A stretch of 55,558 nt of DNA from a virus. Taxonomy: Duplodnaviria > Caudoviricetes. Below the pieces are notes generated by a model that saw only the letters and a list, made by a program, of their open reading frames with translations, made no database searches and was not told where the DNA came from. The translations under genes and the position numbers were made by a program. Below are positions 18,001 through 27,851 of the stretch, in pieces (the stretch's first letter is position 1; each line of letters begins with the position of its first letter). The stretch lies in the IMG/VR virus record IMGVR_UViG_3300048821_000030, positions 1 through 55,558 of that record; one strand, given 5' to 3'.

Positions 18001-21000
18001 CGTGCGGGCTTTTTCTCTTGCAGCATCGGTGTTACCACGTCCGCTGTAGTCGCCCACTTGGGCACCGAACTCCGCATAAAGTTCGTTATAAATGCTGGGG
18101 TAAGCCGGAATGATTCTTGAGAGTTGCCCTCCCATTGCGTCGTCGAGTTGCTGGTAGGTGCTCGCTTCTTCACCTTCTGACCTCTCTCTGCGGAATAAAT
18201 CATCTGCGGTGTGCTCTGAAAAGAACAGGACTCTCCATCCCTGATCTCTTGCTTGCTTTGCTAGTTCAATTGCTTGTGGCAGTCTTTCGCGCTCAAGGAA
18301 ATTCTTCGTGTAGACCGCTTCAAACGCTGCGGCTTTCCGCGCCAATCCCTGCTTGCCCATCCTTGTGAATTGATCCCGAGCCCTGTCGAAACCTTCCCTG
18401 ATGCGGTCGAGGCCGCGCTTCATAGAATCCGTGACTGGCACTACCCCGAAATGAGCATTGTATCCGTCATACGAGATGGCCTGAGAAACAAACTGGCCTC
18501 TCTCAATCAACTGCTCTCTCAACTTTGCCTGCTTGCCGGGGTCGAGCCGCGCAACGATCTTGTCTCCCACCTTCTCGTGTGCGAAGTTCTCCTGAATCCA
18601 CTTGTCAAACTGTCCTTTCGGCCAGAGATTCAATTTGTCGAGATAGCCATATTCTTGTGGCGAATGGAATGGAGTTGCGCTCATGTAGACCGCTTTACCT
18701 GAGTTCGCAACTACGTCCCTGAGCATTTGCCCCTGCTGAGTTGTATCGTCGTACCACCTACGGGCTTCTCCGGCTTCGTCCGCCACTACAAGATCCCACT
18801 TCGAGTTTTTGTAGATGTCGTTGTCGAGTAGCCCCTTGTAGCTCGCTCCGTACACTCCCGGCTGACCCTCTGGAACATCTAGTTCCACATCGAAGCCGAA
18901 GGTGCTTGCCGCAACCCTCTTGCTCTTCCTAATCAACCCCTTGTTCTTTGAAACGATAAGCACACTGGCATCTGGTTTATTGCGGAGGAATTCTTTGATG
19001 ACAGCGTTGCCGAGGTAGGTCTTGCCAGTGCCAGGAGGCGTCACAACCGCTACACCATCCCCTTGATCTAACCCGCTCATCACGGTCTGCACAATCTGCT
19101 TCTGGCCTGGGTAGATCAACTGCGCTGCAACCTTTGGATCAAGCGAGTACGTCGGCGCCGGAGTCGACTCAGGCAAGCCCGCCTTCTTCAGCCCCTCAAC
19201 CCACGCCTTCTGATCGAACTTCTCGCCCGCAGTCGTTCCTACCGGCTCACCACGAACCCCCGCCAACGGCTCCAGGTTGACCGGCTTGACGTTCTCAAGG
19301 TTTACAGGCGCTCTTGGTACGCTGCCTCTTGCAGTTGCCCCTCCACGCTTGGCTCCTGCATATCCAGACACCCCCAGCTTGGGAGGTTGAGGAATTCCTC
19401 CAACTCGCGGAGGCTCTGAAAGTTTAGTAGGACCATCATTCGCTGCTCTTCCTCTGTCGGCTGTCTTGGCATTCTTTGCCTCCTGAATCACTTGCTTTGG
19501 AAGTTCCGGCTCCGTCTTCGGTGCCAGCGGCTCTACACCGTGATCGGCACGAATACGGTTCCGCATGTTGTCGATTTGCATTTGAAGCAGACGGCGCTCG
19601 AAGGTCTTGTAAGATGGGGTTTCCTTCAGACGCTTCTCAAGGTCTTCGAGTTGGAGGCCGGGGTGACGCTCCGGTAGTCCTTGAAACAGACTCCCCTTCG
19701 GCACTTTGCTAGTCGTGTTGATCTTTACGCCCCAGGTGCCATCCTTGCCCTCAATGATCTGCCCACCCTTGATCTTGTCGCTTCCTATGGCCGCTGACGC
19801 ATCTCCTTCGGATGAGAATGTAATGATCACACTCGGCTTCTTCGGGTCAACGCGGTCCCCAACCTCATCAACCACCTTGCCGTCGATTGAATCCCTCAGT
19901 CCCGTTCCTCCAAGCTCTCTCGCCAACTTGACCACGGGATGCGGCTGGTCTTCCGGTCTGACAATCTTTTTCTCTTGCGCTCTGGCCTTTTTAAGTTTTT
20001 CTCGCCAATCGTCCGCGACATTGAAGCCGGTAATTCCGAAATTGTCTGCCATCCACTGCCTGAAGTCGTCGCTGAGTTTGAACGGAGATAAAGGATCACT
20101 TTGCAGTTTACGGTAGACGGAGATAAACATTTCTTTGATGTCTTTGAGGACTTTCCGCAGTTCAAATCCCGGCTGAAAGTCCACCGCATTTTCGTCACGC
20201 AAGAATTTTTCGCTTCCATAAGCCAGTTTTTCCATCCTTTCGTTTTGACCTGTGTAGTCCCAGTCTCTTCCGTATTCCCTCTTGTAAGCAGCCTTGTTGA
20301 CCTTGATCGTGTCGATCTGCTTCCACTCTTCCTCGTCAATAAGGGGGGAGATTGCGTGAATGAACTCGTGAATAGCTGTCGTTTTGTCTGCGGCTTCGTT
20401 TAGCCGCATGATCCCTTCCGCAAAAACATATTCACCGCGATGGCGAGAATCATTGCCCTTTTCGATACCCTTGAAGCCAATCTCTTTCAGTACCCACGCT
20501 AAGGCATTTTTATGCTCCACTCCCTCCGGTTTGCGGCGTTCCCATCTCGCTTCCGCCAAAGCCTTAGAAGTGTCGTAGATAGTTTCAGCGTTCTCTTTGG
20601 TCGCCTCAAAGAAGTGCAGCATCTTCCTATAAGTTCCAGGGCTGATATGACCGTTCGCCGCTATCTCTGCGGCGATATCGCGCTTGAATATATCCTCTGG
20701 AGATGCAGTCTGAGGCGGCGGTCCCAAGGATTTCAGAATCGACTTCCGGATTGGCTGGACGCTCTCTTTATCGAAGAGGTACATCTCTGCGGAGTCTTTG
20801 TCTGCTGGGGATGGCTTTGCTTTGTTTTGCTCAAACTGGCGCAGATTAAACTCGTCGCCGCGTGCTCTGGCTTCCTCGATGGCGTTCTCCATCAGCCATT
20901 GGTCAACACGCTTAACGGTATTCTGGGCTTTCCGGTTGGAATCAGTATCGAGTTTGGGGAACGGTGTCGTCTTGCGCCCTGTGGCGGTAGAGACTACCTC

Positions 21001-24000
21001 TCCAGCACCCAGCATGTCTCCAATTTTCCCGGCACGGATTTCTTCCGGCTTCTTCTCTTCTACCCTCTCTTCATCGGGCACGTCACGGCCCTGCAAAGCC
21101 GCATCGTACTCGGCCTGAGAGAGCATCCAACCAGCATCGGTCTTCGCCTTGTCTGTCCCCTTGTTCCTGCGGAAAGCCGTATCCCTCAATTCCTTCGAGA
21201 AAACCCTGTTGAACTTGTCTACCGGCTTCTCCAAAGACTTCTCAGCAGAATCAAACATTCCCCCTTGAGTGTCTTCATCGGAAATCCAATTCTTCAGCCT
21301 GTCTCCGAACGCACGGGGATTAGCGGCCTGTGAGCTATGCAGCGCCCTCCACAGCGACTCAACTACTCTTCCAGGCTCCGGTGGAACCTCTTGCTCCATT
21401 CCCGTCAAATCAATTTGGCTTGGAGAATATACCGCATCCCACCTGTCACGGCTTACGGCTCTATCCGGGTCCACGTTGACGGTCAACTTAGCGGCTTGCA
21501 ATGCCTCCCTGATCGGTTCGGTGATGTCCAATTCGGGGAATACGTTCAGTCGCGTCACATAACCGATAGCATTTTCTAACGCTCTGCCAGCCGTCTCATT
21601 CTCGATCCCTGTAAGCAAGTCGGGGTCTTGAAGAGCATGACCAACTACAGCCTTACGGAATAGTCTTTCCCCCTGCTCCGTGAGAACATCGTTCCCCATC
21701 TTGTCTTTCATGAACCACAACGATTGCTGTGAAGTGGGGATGTCGAATCTCGCTGCGGCAATCTCCGCAAACTGAAGCGGATTATCTCTCATCGCCGCGT
21801 TCAATCCGCCTTCTGACTCTTCTACCAGTCGGCCAATTTTGTTTACCGCATCCTGATCCAAACTCCGACCGTACACCAATCCCTTCTGTGCATCGCTGAT
21901 GTTGTCGGCTTCCGATTCATTGAAGAGAAGTCCGTATTTTGTCGCCTCTTCTATCGTCTGAATTGGATCGTCCATCATTCTGACAACGATGTAGAACTGC
22001 CCGTCATCTGGATATTTACCAATGCCGTTCTCCTTGGCGAGTGCGGCCATCTTCGACTTTAATTCTTCAACGGCTGCTGCCCTCTCTACCGGATCTGCTA
22101 TCTCGTTGAGCACCTGAAGGTGCTTCAAGAGTCTCTGGAGACGACCGTTGCCGCTTACCGTGCGGCCCCCAGGTTCAACCAGCGGCGGTCCCGACATGGC
22201 ATCAATCGTTCTGTTGGCAAATTTCTCGAAGTTGTACCCTGAAGTCCTTCCATCCTCAGACACCGCATAACGCTGCGCGTCGAGGCGTCTCTGAAGGATG
22301 GTTCTTTCGTTTGGCTCTCTCGGCTGCAACTGCTTTGGGAAAAGATTATCGTCGGTACGAACAAGGTTATCCCCCTCCCAGTGATGAGAGAGGATTACGG
22401 CGCCAGCCGGGACAAGTTCGTAGTGAGCTTTTACCTGCCGTTGGTTCTGGTCGATGATTGTGTCTTTTCCACGGAGATGAATGGAGATCGGGGAACGACC
22501 GGGGAAGTCTCCCTTTGGCCCCGCCTTTGCCCTTGCTTCCGCGGACTGAGCTACGGCTTCCTTGGCTACCTTCTTTGCATCCTCTGCGGCTGTCGCTAAC
22601 TGTTCGGCTTTGGCCACTGCTCTTTCAGGAGTTTCGTCACGAGAAATCTCTGGGTTAGATGCCTCTTCTACGGCCTTGACTGCCTCTTTATGAGCCGCGG
22701 CTTTCCGGCTATCTGCCGCTGCCGCCTGAGTCTCCGCCTGTACTTGTGTCTTCGGCTCCGGGTCTTTTACCTTGCCTTCCATGCGGTCACGAACGCCGTC
22801 CACAAGGAACTTCCGATGGACAAGATACGGCTTTTCGAATGCGACCTTCTCTTTCTCCTCTGCGGTCCAGTCCCGGTCGTGAGTGATCTCCCCTTTTTCC
22901 AAAATTTGGAGTACACGAGGGCTCGGATTCAGCCGGTCAAATGGTATCGGGTTCGCCTGCCCAGACCGCAGATAGACCTTGCCGTTCTTCTCCTCGACAA
23001 TCCACGGCCTGTCGGGACGGAATGGATCTGAAATTCTGTCGCCAACTTCGAGCGAAGCCGCTTTGCCTTGCGGGGTTCCCGGTTGACTCTCTGAAAGTCC
23101 TATCCGCATCACTTCATCCGGCGTGGTCCCAAACTGCTTTGCCAGTTGGTTGATGATGTTGTTCGGATCGTTCGATGCCTTGTATGTGGCTCTCCTCTGC
23201 TCTCTTGCTTTGCTGGTTTCCTCTGGAACCGGAGGCCGCGCAAGAAACTCCTTGCGGCGCTCTGCCTTCTCGCCTTCGTCGGCACGTTCCTGGGTGATCG
23301 TCGATTCTTCAAGACCGGCGTTCTGTTGTGCAACCCGCATCTCCCGGTCAAACTCTTCCTGCCTGACTCCGATCTGCCTCTTGATGTCGCGGTTTCTGGA
23401 GAAATCCGCCCTGCGCTCCAATCTGGTCTTCGTTCCGTATCCAACCTTGCCCGAAGCCGCAAGCTGCATGGCTTGATTCGAGTACGTTCCCCGCTTCATC
23501 AACGGGACCGTCTCGCCATCCGATGAGTGCAGTATTCCCTTCGCGTCGAGTGTCCACTTCACACCCTTCTTCGATGTGATGTAGTCTCCCGGCTGGTAGA
23601 CGTGATGAAGATTCGATTCGATCTGCACCCTTGCGAGTTCTGGCAGGCTTTCGAGTGTCGCTTGGACTTCTTCTTCGCTGGCGCCGGATTCCCGCAGAGT
23701 TGCTTCAACTTCCGATGCGTAATCATTTGCGGACTTCTCGCTGAATGGTCCGTTGAGACGGCCTTCCCGAGCCGCCATGAATACATCTGGAAGAGTAGTC
23801 TTCTCCGCGATGCCAGCACGTTTCTGCGCTTCGCCTGTGTTAATCTCTCCGTCGATCAACTGCTGGCGAATCTCTCCCAAAGTCGCCGCTTCCTTGACTT
23901 CTTCGGCTGTCGCCTCCGGTTGCGCTGCCAAACCATCAGCCGCAAGTTTCAGAGAAGATAGTCTTGCAACCGTGTCGGACGTTTGAGGATCGGCATTGAA

Positions 24001-25680
24001 GTACAGAGATTCTGGCGTTTCAGTGAAGTTGCCGTTGCGGTCCAGCCATTCAACTCCGCGTGGAGTCTGACGATAAACCGAGTGTCTTTCCCCGTCAGTT
24101 CCAACACCAAATCTATTCGTCTCTCCCCAAAATTGAGCAGGGTAAGTGACGTGCCCTGAGCCGTCTACTTCAGATTCGACAGGACGCCAAGTTTCCGCTT
24201 CGGTGGGAACTTGACCGACCGCCTGACGACTGGCGAAAGTCTCCTCTCGCCCCTTAGAGATTTCCTCTGCGGTTTGCTGGATGGCTTCGCGTGACGCCGC
24301 TGCCTCTTTGCGCTCCTGCGCACGGGCTTCTTGTATTGCGGTGTCCCTTGCGCCTAAGAATTGGGCGCTTTCCTCTGTCTGCTTTTTGAGTTCTTCGGTA
24401 CGCTGGTCGACCTTGGCCTTGATCGTACCAATGACTTTCTGTACCTGCTCTTTTCTTGCGGTTTCCGCTCTCTGTTCGTGCAGAGCATTAACCGCTCTCT
24501 GAGCCGCCTCTGGATGCCAAGCCTGCTCCCACGCGAGCCCAGCATAGTGAGCCGCCTGCATCTGCCGTTTTTGCCGGATGCCGTCTGCGACTTCGGCATT
24601 CTTGGCGTCAACCGTAGCCATCATCGCTATGTACTCTGGCGAACTGGAAACGGTCTGATCGATAACTAGCCCCTGGGTTTCTGGAGATAGTTTGTCAAAC
24701 TTCTTCCCCATAGTAGCGAGGGACATCTTATTCAGATCCGATTGCACTCTCTCTGTCGCGTCGACGTGGCTGATACCAGCCTTTGCCATCAACAGACTTC
24801 CCAGTCCATTTACTGCCTGCTGCGTAGCTGTGTCCCAATCTCCACTGATGTAGCCCTTCACGGCATCGCGGATATTTATGTATGACCCTTCAACCATCTG
24901 GGAGATGAACTGAGCCTGAATCAACTTGCCCATCACTCGTGCGGCCGGAACTAGCCTCGGCAATCCAATGCGGGCCGCAGTCTGAGCAAGAGCACTCTCA
25001 CCAAAAGTCCCAACCATCAATCCGATCTGGACCGGAGAAGTCAACTCTTCGCCAAATTGAACTGTCCCCTTTGCTCCTCCCTTAGCAATAGACTTGATCT
25101 TATCTCCGGTAGGCGTTCCGTACATTAAGTTGGCGGCGTCTACAGTTGCAGGAACGTACTCATCAATAAACTTTTCCTGCTTTTCCTTGAGATTCTTCCA
25201 CTCCTCATCGGTTCTACCAAGCGGGTTCTGCGCCTTTTCCCAAATTGCGCTTGCCCCACGGCGAATATCATCAAACGAATTCGCCAGCGTCTTTCCGGTC
25301 TGCGTATTTCTGAACCAGATACCAGCCTTTTCAATTGGAGTTGGAGTCCACGGTTTCAACTCTGCCGGCGGTTGGGCAGGAGGTTTCTGTGCTGGCGTCT
25401 GATTGTAAAAACGTGCAGCATCTTCAGCACTAAATGGCTGGTTGACACGCGACATATCCGCAACCGGAGCGGCCTGCGCTGTTTGTTGGGTGGAGGTCTT
25501 CAGTCGGTCGATGTTGCGCTTGATTACATCGTCGCCAAGATTGGCGTACTGAGGGAAAGCAGACCGGAACTTATTCGGGTCCGACAAATTATTGTAGATT
25601 TTCTCATCGGTCCAATCCTTCAAGCCAGGATATTTCTGCTTGAGTTCTGGAACCGGGTTCCAAACTTGCTGTTCGGCCAT
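15097..25680 (-). CDS. Giant polyvalent internal virion/ejection protein (ParB-like, HExxH peptidase, Strawberry-notch-like SF2 helicase)
   Basis: 3527 aa; LQPR...GPPLV...SGNGRL; TAIHEFIH; PPGTGKT, DEAG, SATP, AGGGIGVDMH, EQAMGRPWR; last gene of the ejection cluster. Confidence 0.85.
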   Translation of the reverse strand: MAEQQVWNPVPELKQKYPGLKDWTDEKIYNNLSDPNKFRSAFPQYANLGDDVIKRNIDRLKTSTQQTAQAAPVADMSRVNQPFSAEDAARFYNQTPAQKPPAQPPAELKPWTPTPIEKAGIWFRNTQTGKTLANSFDDIRRGASAIWEKAQNPLGRTDEEWKNLKEKQEKFIDEYVPATVDAANLMYGTPTGDKIKSIAKGGAKGTVQFGEELTSPVQIGLMVGTFGESALAQTAARIGLPRLVPAARVMGKLIQAQFISQMVEGSYINIRDAVKGYISGDWDTATQQAVNGLGSLLMAKAGISHVDATERVQSDLNKMSLATMGKKFDKLSPETQGLVIDQTVSSSPEYIAMMATVDAKNAEVADGIRQKRQMQAAHYAGLAWEQAWHPEAAQRAVNALHEQRAETARKEQVQKVIGTIKAKVDQRTEELKKQTEESAQFLGARDTAIQEARAQERKEAAASREAIQQTAEEISKGREETFASRQAVGQVPTEAETWRPVESEVDGSGHVTYPAQFWGETNRFGVGTDGERHSVYRQTPRGVEWLDRNGNFTETPESLYFNADPQTSDTVARLSSLKLAADGLAAQPEATAEEVKEAATLGEIRQQLIDGEINTGEAQKRAGIAEKTTLPDVFMAAREGRLNGPFSEKSANDYASEVEATLRESGASEEEVQATLESLPELARVQIESNLHHVYQPGDYITSKKGVKWTLDAKGILHSSDGETVPLMKRGTYSNQAMQLAASGKVGYGTKTRLERRADFSRNRDIKRQIGVRQEEFDREMRVAQQNAGLEESTITQERADEGEKAERRKEFLARPPVPEETSKAREQRRATYKASNDPNNIINQLAKQFGTTPDEVMRIGLSESQPGTPQGKAASLEVGDRISDPFRPDRPWIVEEKNGKVYLRSGQANPIPFDRLNPSPRVLQILEKGEITHDRDWTAEEKEKVAFEKPYLVHRKFLVDGVRDRMEGKVKDPEPKTQVQAETQAAAADSRKAAAHKEAVKAVEEASNPEISRDETPERAVAKAEQLATAAEDAKKVAKEAVAQSAEARAKAGPKGDFPGRSPISIHLRGKDTIIDQNQRQVKAHYELVPAGAVILSHHWEGDNLVRTDDNLFPKQLQPREPNERTILQRRLDAQRYAVSEDGRTSGYNFEKFANRTIDAMSGPPLVEPGGRTVSGNGRLQRLLKHLQVLNEIADPVERAAAVEELKSKMAALAKENGIGKYPDDGQFYIVVRMMDDPIQTIEEATKYGLLFNESEADNISDAQKGLVYGRSLDQDAVNKIGRLVEESEGGLNAAMRDNPLQFAEIAAARFDIPTSQQSLWFMKDKMGNDVLTEQGERLFRKAVVGHALQDPDLLTGIENETAGRALENAIGYVTRLNVFPELDITEPIREALQAAKLTVNVDPDRAVSRDRWDAVYSPSQIDLTGMEQEVPPEPGRVVESLWRALHSSQAANPRAFGDRLKNWISDEDTQGGMFDSAEKSLEKPVDKFNRVFSKELRDTAFRRNKGTDKAKTDAGWMLSQAEYDAALQGRDVPDEERVEEKKPEEIRAGKIGDMLGAGEVVSTATGRKTTPFPKLDTDSNRKAQNTVKRVDQWLMENAIEEARARGDEFNLRQFEQNKAKPSPADKDSAEMYLFDKESVQPIRKSILKSLGPPPQTASPEDIFKRDIAAEIAANGHISPGTYRKMLHFFEATKENAETIYDTSKALAEARWERRKPEGVEHKNALAWVLKEIGFKGIEKGNDSRHRGEYVFAEGIMRLNEAADKTTAIHEFIHAISPLIDEEEWKQIDTIKVNKAAYKREYGRDWDYTGQNERMEKLAYGSEKFLRDENAVDFQPGFELRKVLKDIKEMFISVYRKLQSDPLSPFKLSDDFRQWMADNFGITGFNVADDWREKLKKARAQEKKIVRPEDQPHPVVKLARELGGTGLRDSIDGKVVDEVGDRVDPKKPSVIITFSSEGDASAAIGSDKIKGGQIIEGKDGTWGVKINTTSKVPKGSLFQGLPERHPGLQLEDLEKRLKETPSYKTFERRLLQMQIDNMRNRIRADHGVEPLAPKTEPELPKQVIQEAKNAKTADRGRAANDGPTKLSEPPRVGGIPQPPKLGVSGYAGAKRGGATARGSVPRAPVNLENVKPVNLEPLAGVRGEPVGTTAGEKFDQKAWVEGLKKAGLPESTPAPTYSLDPKVAAQLIYPGQKQIVQTVMSGLDQGDGVAVVTPPGTGKTYLGNAVIKEFLRNKPDASVLIVSKNKGLIRKSKRVAASTFGFDVELDVPEGQPGVYGASYKGLLDNDIYKNSKWDLVVADEAGEARRWYDDTTQQGQMLRDVVANSGKAVYMSATPFHSPQEYGYLDKLNLWPKGQFDKWIQENFAHEKVGDKIVARLDPGKQAKLREQLIERGQFVSQAISYDGYNAHFGVVPVTDSMKRGLDRIREGFDRARDQFTRMGKQGLARKAAAFEAVYTKNFLERERLPQAIELAKQARDQGWRVLFFSEHTADDLFRRERSEGEEASTYQQLDDAMGGQLSRIIPAYPSIYNELYAEFGAQVGDYSGRGNTDAAREKARTDFLKGEVPMLYASYAGGGIGVDMHDADYPELNVKGGDKPIVAIYLGPPYSGVLLEQAMGRPWRFGVKSDVHAVFLATDSEPDIRLMQTKVGPRMKALRAAVLGEKDSLANVMSTYTDEEKVRERQDQLAYAEGNEMKVNATQFQVRSKQRNVGIQDWSAISFPSAEEAKHKGMKYGEAVAGGDWSSLYQSKFELRPPDSPEDARAKNEIDRLGNAVASGRAVPAELQNLESTEVKTAVGLSAATATTETDLPLDRDKTNTARQSMDSQLRSGRPFPYYGLILSQELGMENIARRAGKPEVGKNLKLMNRNYRADYDVARSQYWNLMEDTFKRNGIKTDDKKAVWTITRVLEGQEKETSADPRINAIAADLSDMMRMAHEDLSKSGVGVRDHTGKIVARYGKDFGEDPKYYPHRINWDQEVTDPKTGKKLDLREMMKEKNEEIRKRIIANIPELKPYTYQQVYEYLNRHTPKAPVLSNIHRAREVNFPYIKRDYPTLVGYFDQVAEATAQARNFGPENQKLNTEIRKINDINGIETLQSMFRSTLEPQNWNDITAKIYNAAIAYEAASKMTYSAFKIPFHLGLVPIGMHGKVLPLAKAFAHLAIHPREVMENAGYVGVLTRQLSAADIVFGERQAAPVRQILRKEMFEASYKMVRALSGESARVYLDQYAIKELKRGGRDAENTRRLLSDTFLIGNGSIDDAVASGRFSPGDIGRAQTAFANLTTFSDDPLQMPQLARHEIAKGASKPAIGLFRAVRLTYALESFTLKATSLLREQLYEEVVVHHNYKPLAYALVASPILGQMLAATGAGAKHVIHKGFEGLTGHKHEKDSWDTYIENLKQTFEHPEAAELLKFIVDGYTLAYGWDMVRSVTNPFLDLAAGELKKAGKGFEYMVPDLVEHIAGSFYDDLFKTAEELARIGQIESGRRMPLKKPEKIKQSVGKYLEGQVPALRQFPPFESVMGIKPPPR

Positions 25681-25683
25681 CGC

Positions 25684-27252
25684 TCATTGCCATCCTGGAG
25701 GCAAGTTTCCGCCTGCCTGTGCTCCTGGTGTTCCCCCAATTGACTTTACGGCAGCGTCGTACTCCGCTGCAACGCGACCTTTTGCCTTTTCTCGATCAAT
25801 CACAGCTTGCGCGTAGTCCCGATCCTTGACCGCTTGAGCGGTTGCGAGAATCGACTGGTCGCCAGATTGAGCGGCCTTCGCCTGAGCCGCAGCAAATGCC
25901 TTATCCGCAGCCTCGATGGTCTTCGTGTAGGCCGTCTCTGCCTTCTGGTAGCCTTCCTGCTGAGCCTTTACCGCTTGACGTGTCACAGAGGCTGTCAGAG
26001 CCGTCTGCTTGCCTCCCGGTGGAGGGGTGATTCCGGTCTTTGCGGCCTGCGATGCAGTCTTGCCAGCCTGCGGTGGACGGCTTATTCCCTGCGTTCCCTG
26101 CCCGCTAGGAGACGCCGTTGCCTTTGGAGGCTTACTTATCCCTCCCGGCTTCGCTGTGCGCGTTGTGGTGGTGCTTCTGTCTCCCTGCGGGTTGCTTGTA
26201 GACGTGCTCGTGGTCGCCGTTGACACAATTCCGGCCGCTTTCGCATATTGCTTTGCGGATGCCAGTTGCTCGGCAGTAGCTTTGTCTCTGGTCACCCCGA
26301 TGCTTTGGAGGTATTTGTCTTCCAATTCAGCATCGGAACCTGCCTTCGGACCTGTGTTGTCAACCGGCTGTGCGTCTGGGTAAAACTGGTTCGCCTCTTC
26401 TGGATACAGGTACGCTTTCTTCCCGCTGGGAAGTTGGTACAGTTTCGCCGCTCCCGTATACTTCATTGGAGCAAGGGCCGCTCTTGCGTTCTGCCATGTC
26501 TCGTAGTTCTTCTTCGCATCGGGAGGCAGAGACGCTATCTCATCCGGCGACAGATGGGAAAACGTAGAAAACCCTGCTTGAACGGTCTTCTCGTTCTGTA
26601 ACTTCCGAGATTGTTCCTCGTTCGCAAGCCGACCGGATTCCAAACTTTGGACTTGTTGTTGGCCCTGTGGTGACAACCCCGGTGGTTTGGGTTGCATGGT
26701 TACTAGGGCGATTTTCGGAATAACATGGGGGTTTGCCGCAAAGAAGTCCCCGATGTTATTGAACCCGGCGCTTACAGGGTTCTTCTTTTTCTTGTCGTCC
26801 GGTGACTTTACAGGGTCCGTATCCCCTGCGGCTTTCTTTCCCTTTTGAGTCTTCTCGGGAATGACAAACTGAGCCTTAGCCTGCTTACCCGCTTGAAAGG
26901 CGGTTGTGTACGCCTGATAAGCTGCCTGAGCCGCTGGATCGTCTTGCTTGCCGCCTGCCTTTGTGAGAGCGTCCTGATACTGACCGTAGGCCGCTTCGCT
27001 TGCGGCATCCGCTGCGTTGATCGTCGCCTGGGCTTGCGCGTTCTTCCGCTGCTCCTTCATCTGATGCCCTGCCATGAACCCCTTGAGCAGAGAATCCCCG
27101 ATAGCAAGCGCACCTGTTCCCTTCCGCCCGAACTCGCCCTGCAACGGCGCTGCCGGTCGGCTCTGTTGCTCTATCGCCTGGGGCGGCAATTGGATTAACG
27201 GAACAGTTGAGGTATACGGAGTAATCGAGAGAGGGTCATTCTGCACGCTCAT
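25684..27252 (-). CDS. Putative DNA ejection protein
   Basis: Ala/Gln/Gly-rich, 522 aa; between small ejection protein and giant protein. Confidence 0.6.
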   Translation of the reverse strand: MSVQNDPLSITPYTSTVPLIQLPPQAIEQQSRPAAPLQGEFGRKGTGALAIGDSLLKGFMAGHQMKEQRKNAQAQATINAADAASEAAYGQYQDALTKAGGKQDDPAAQAAYQAYTTAFQAGKQAKAQFVIPEKTQKGKKAAGDTDPVKSPDDKKKKNPVSAGFNNIGDFFAANPHVIPKIALVTMQPKPPGLSPQGQQQVQSLESGRLANEEQSRKLQNEKTVQAGFSTFSHLSPDEIASLPPDAKKNYETWQNARAALAPMKYTGAAKLYQLPSGKKAYLYPEEANQFYPDAQPVDNTGPKAGSDAELEDKYLQSIGVTRDKATAEQLASAKQYAKAAGIVSTATTSTSTSNPQGDRSTTTTRTAKPGGISKPPKATASPSGQGTQGISRPPQAGKTASQAAKTGITPPPGGKQTALTASVTRQAVKAQQEGYQKAETAYTKTIEAADKAFAAAQAKAAQSGDQSILATAQAVKDRDYAQAVIDREKAKGRVAAEYDAAVKSIGGTPGAQAGGNLPPGWQ

Positions 27253-27815
27253 TAGAGTGCCCCCGCCACTGAAGCACCGGCTCCGGCCAAAGACGCCCCA
27301 AAACCAAGCATAGTTGATTTTTGCTCGTTGTTTAGTTGCTGGAGGTTGCCGTATTGATTGGCGGCGGCATTAAGCCCCTGAAGGCCCGAAGAGGTAGCTT
27401 GGTTACCTTGGCTCACGTTCTGACCTCCCAAACCAGCAAGCGAACCAAATGCGTTCGTATAAGAGCCCGTTGTCAGATTTGAAATCTGTGCTCCCTTAGA
27501 CAAATCCGCTTCGGATAGCGCAAGGTCTCTCGCTCCACCCCTCGGAGCGTTCTGCATGATGTTTTTGAGTTGCTCGTTCGACTGTCCGGTAATCTGCTGG
27601 ATGGCCGGCGCGTTTGCCCTTGCCAGCGCGTTAGGATCGCCGCTTGCCAGCTTGCCGTAGTAAGACGTTGCTTGCTGGAGTCCGGGCAGGGCGAGGTTAA
27701 AGAGAGTAGAACCCTCTTGGGCGCTTTGGGCTCCCGTAGCCGTCAATTGTTGGGCAAGCCCCGTCTGAGCCGCTTCTAAGGCCGGACTCGACTCGGCACC
27801 AGATGGTTTGGAAAT
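27252..27815 (-). CDS. Putative small DNA ejection (pilot) protein
   Basis: Gly/Ala/Gln/Asn-rich with hydrophobic Gly-rich C-terminus; start uncertain (ATT 27815 or TTG 27746). Confidence 0.6.
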   Translation of the reverse strand: MSKPSGAESSPALEAAQTGLAQQLTATGAQSAQEGSTLFNLALPGLQQATSYYGKLASGDPNALARANAPAIQQITGQSNEQLKNIMQNAPRGGARDLALSEADLSKGAQISNLTTGSYTNAFGSLAGLGGQNVSQGNQATSSGLQGLNAAANQYGNLQQLNNEQKSTMLGFGASLAGAGASVAGAL

Positions 27816-27851
27816 CGGAGTATACCTCTCTCAAAGAGAGGGTAACGCCAA

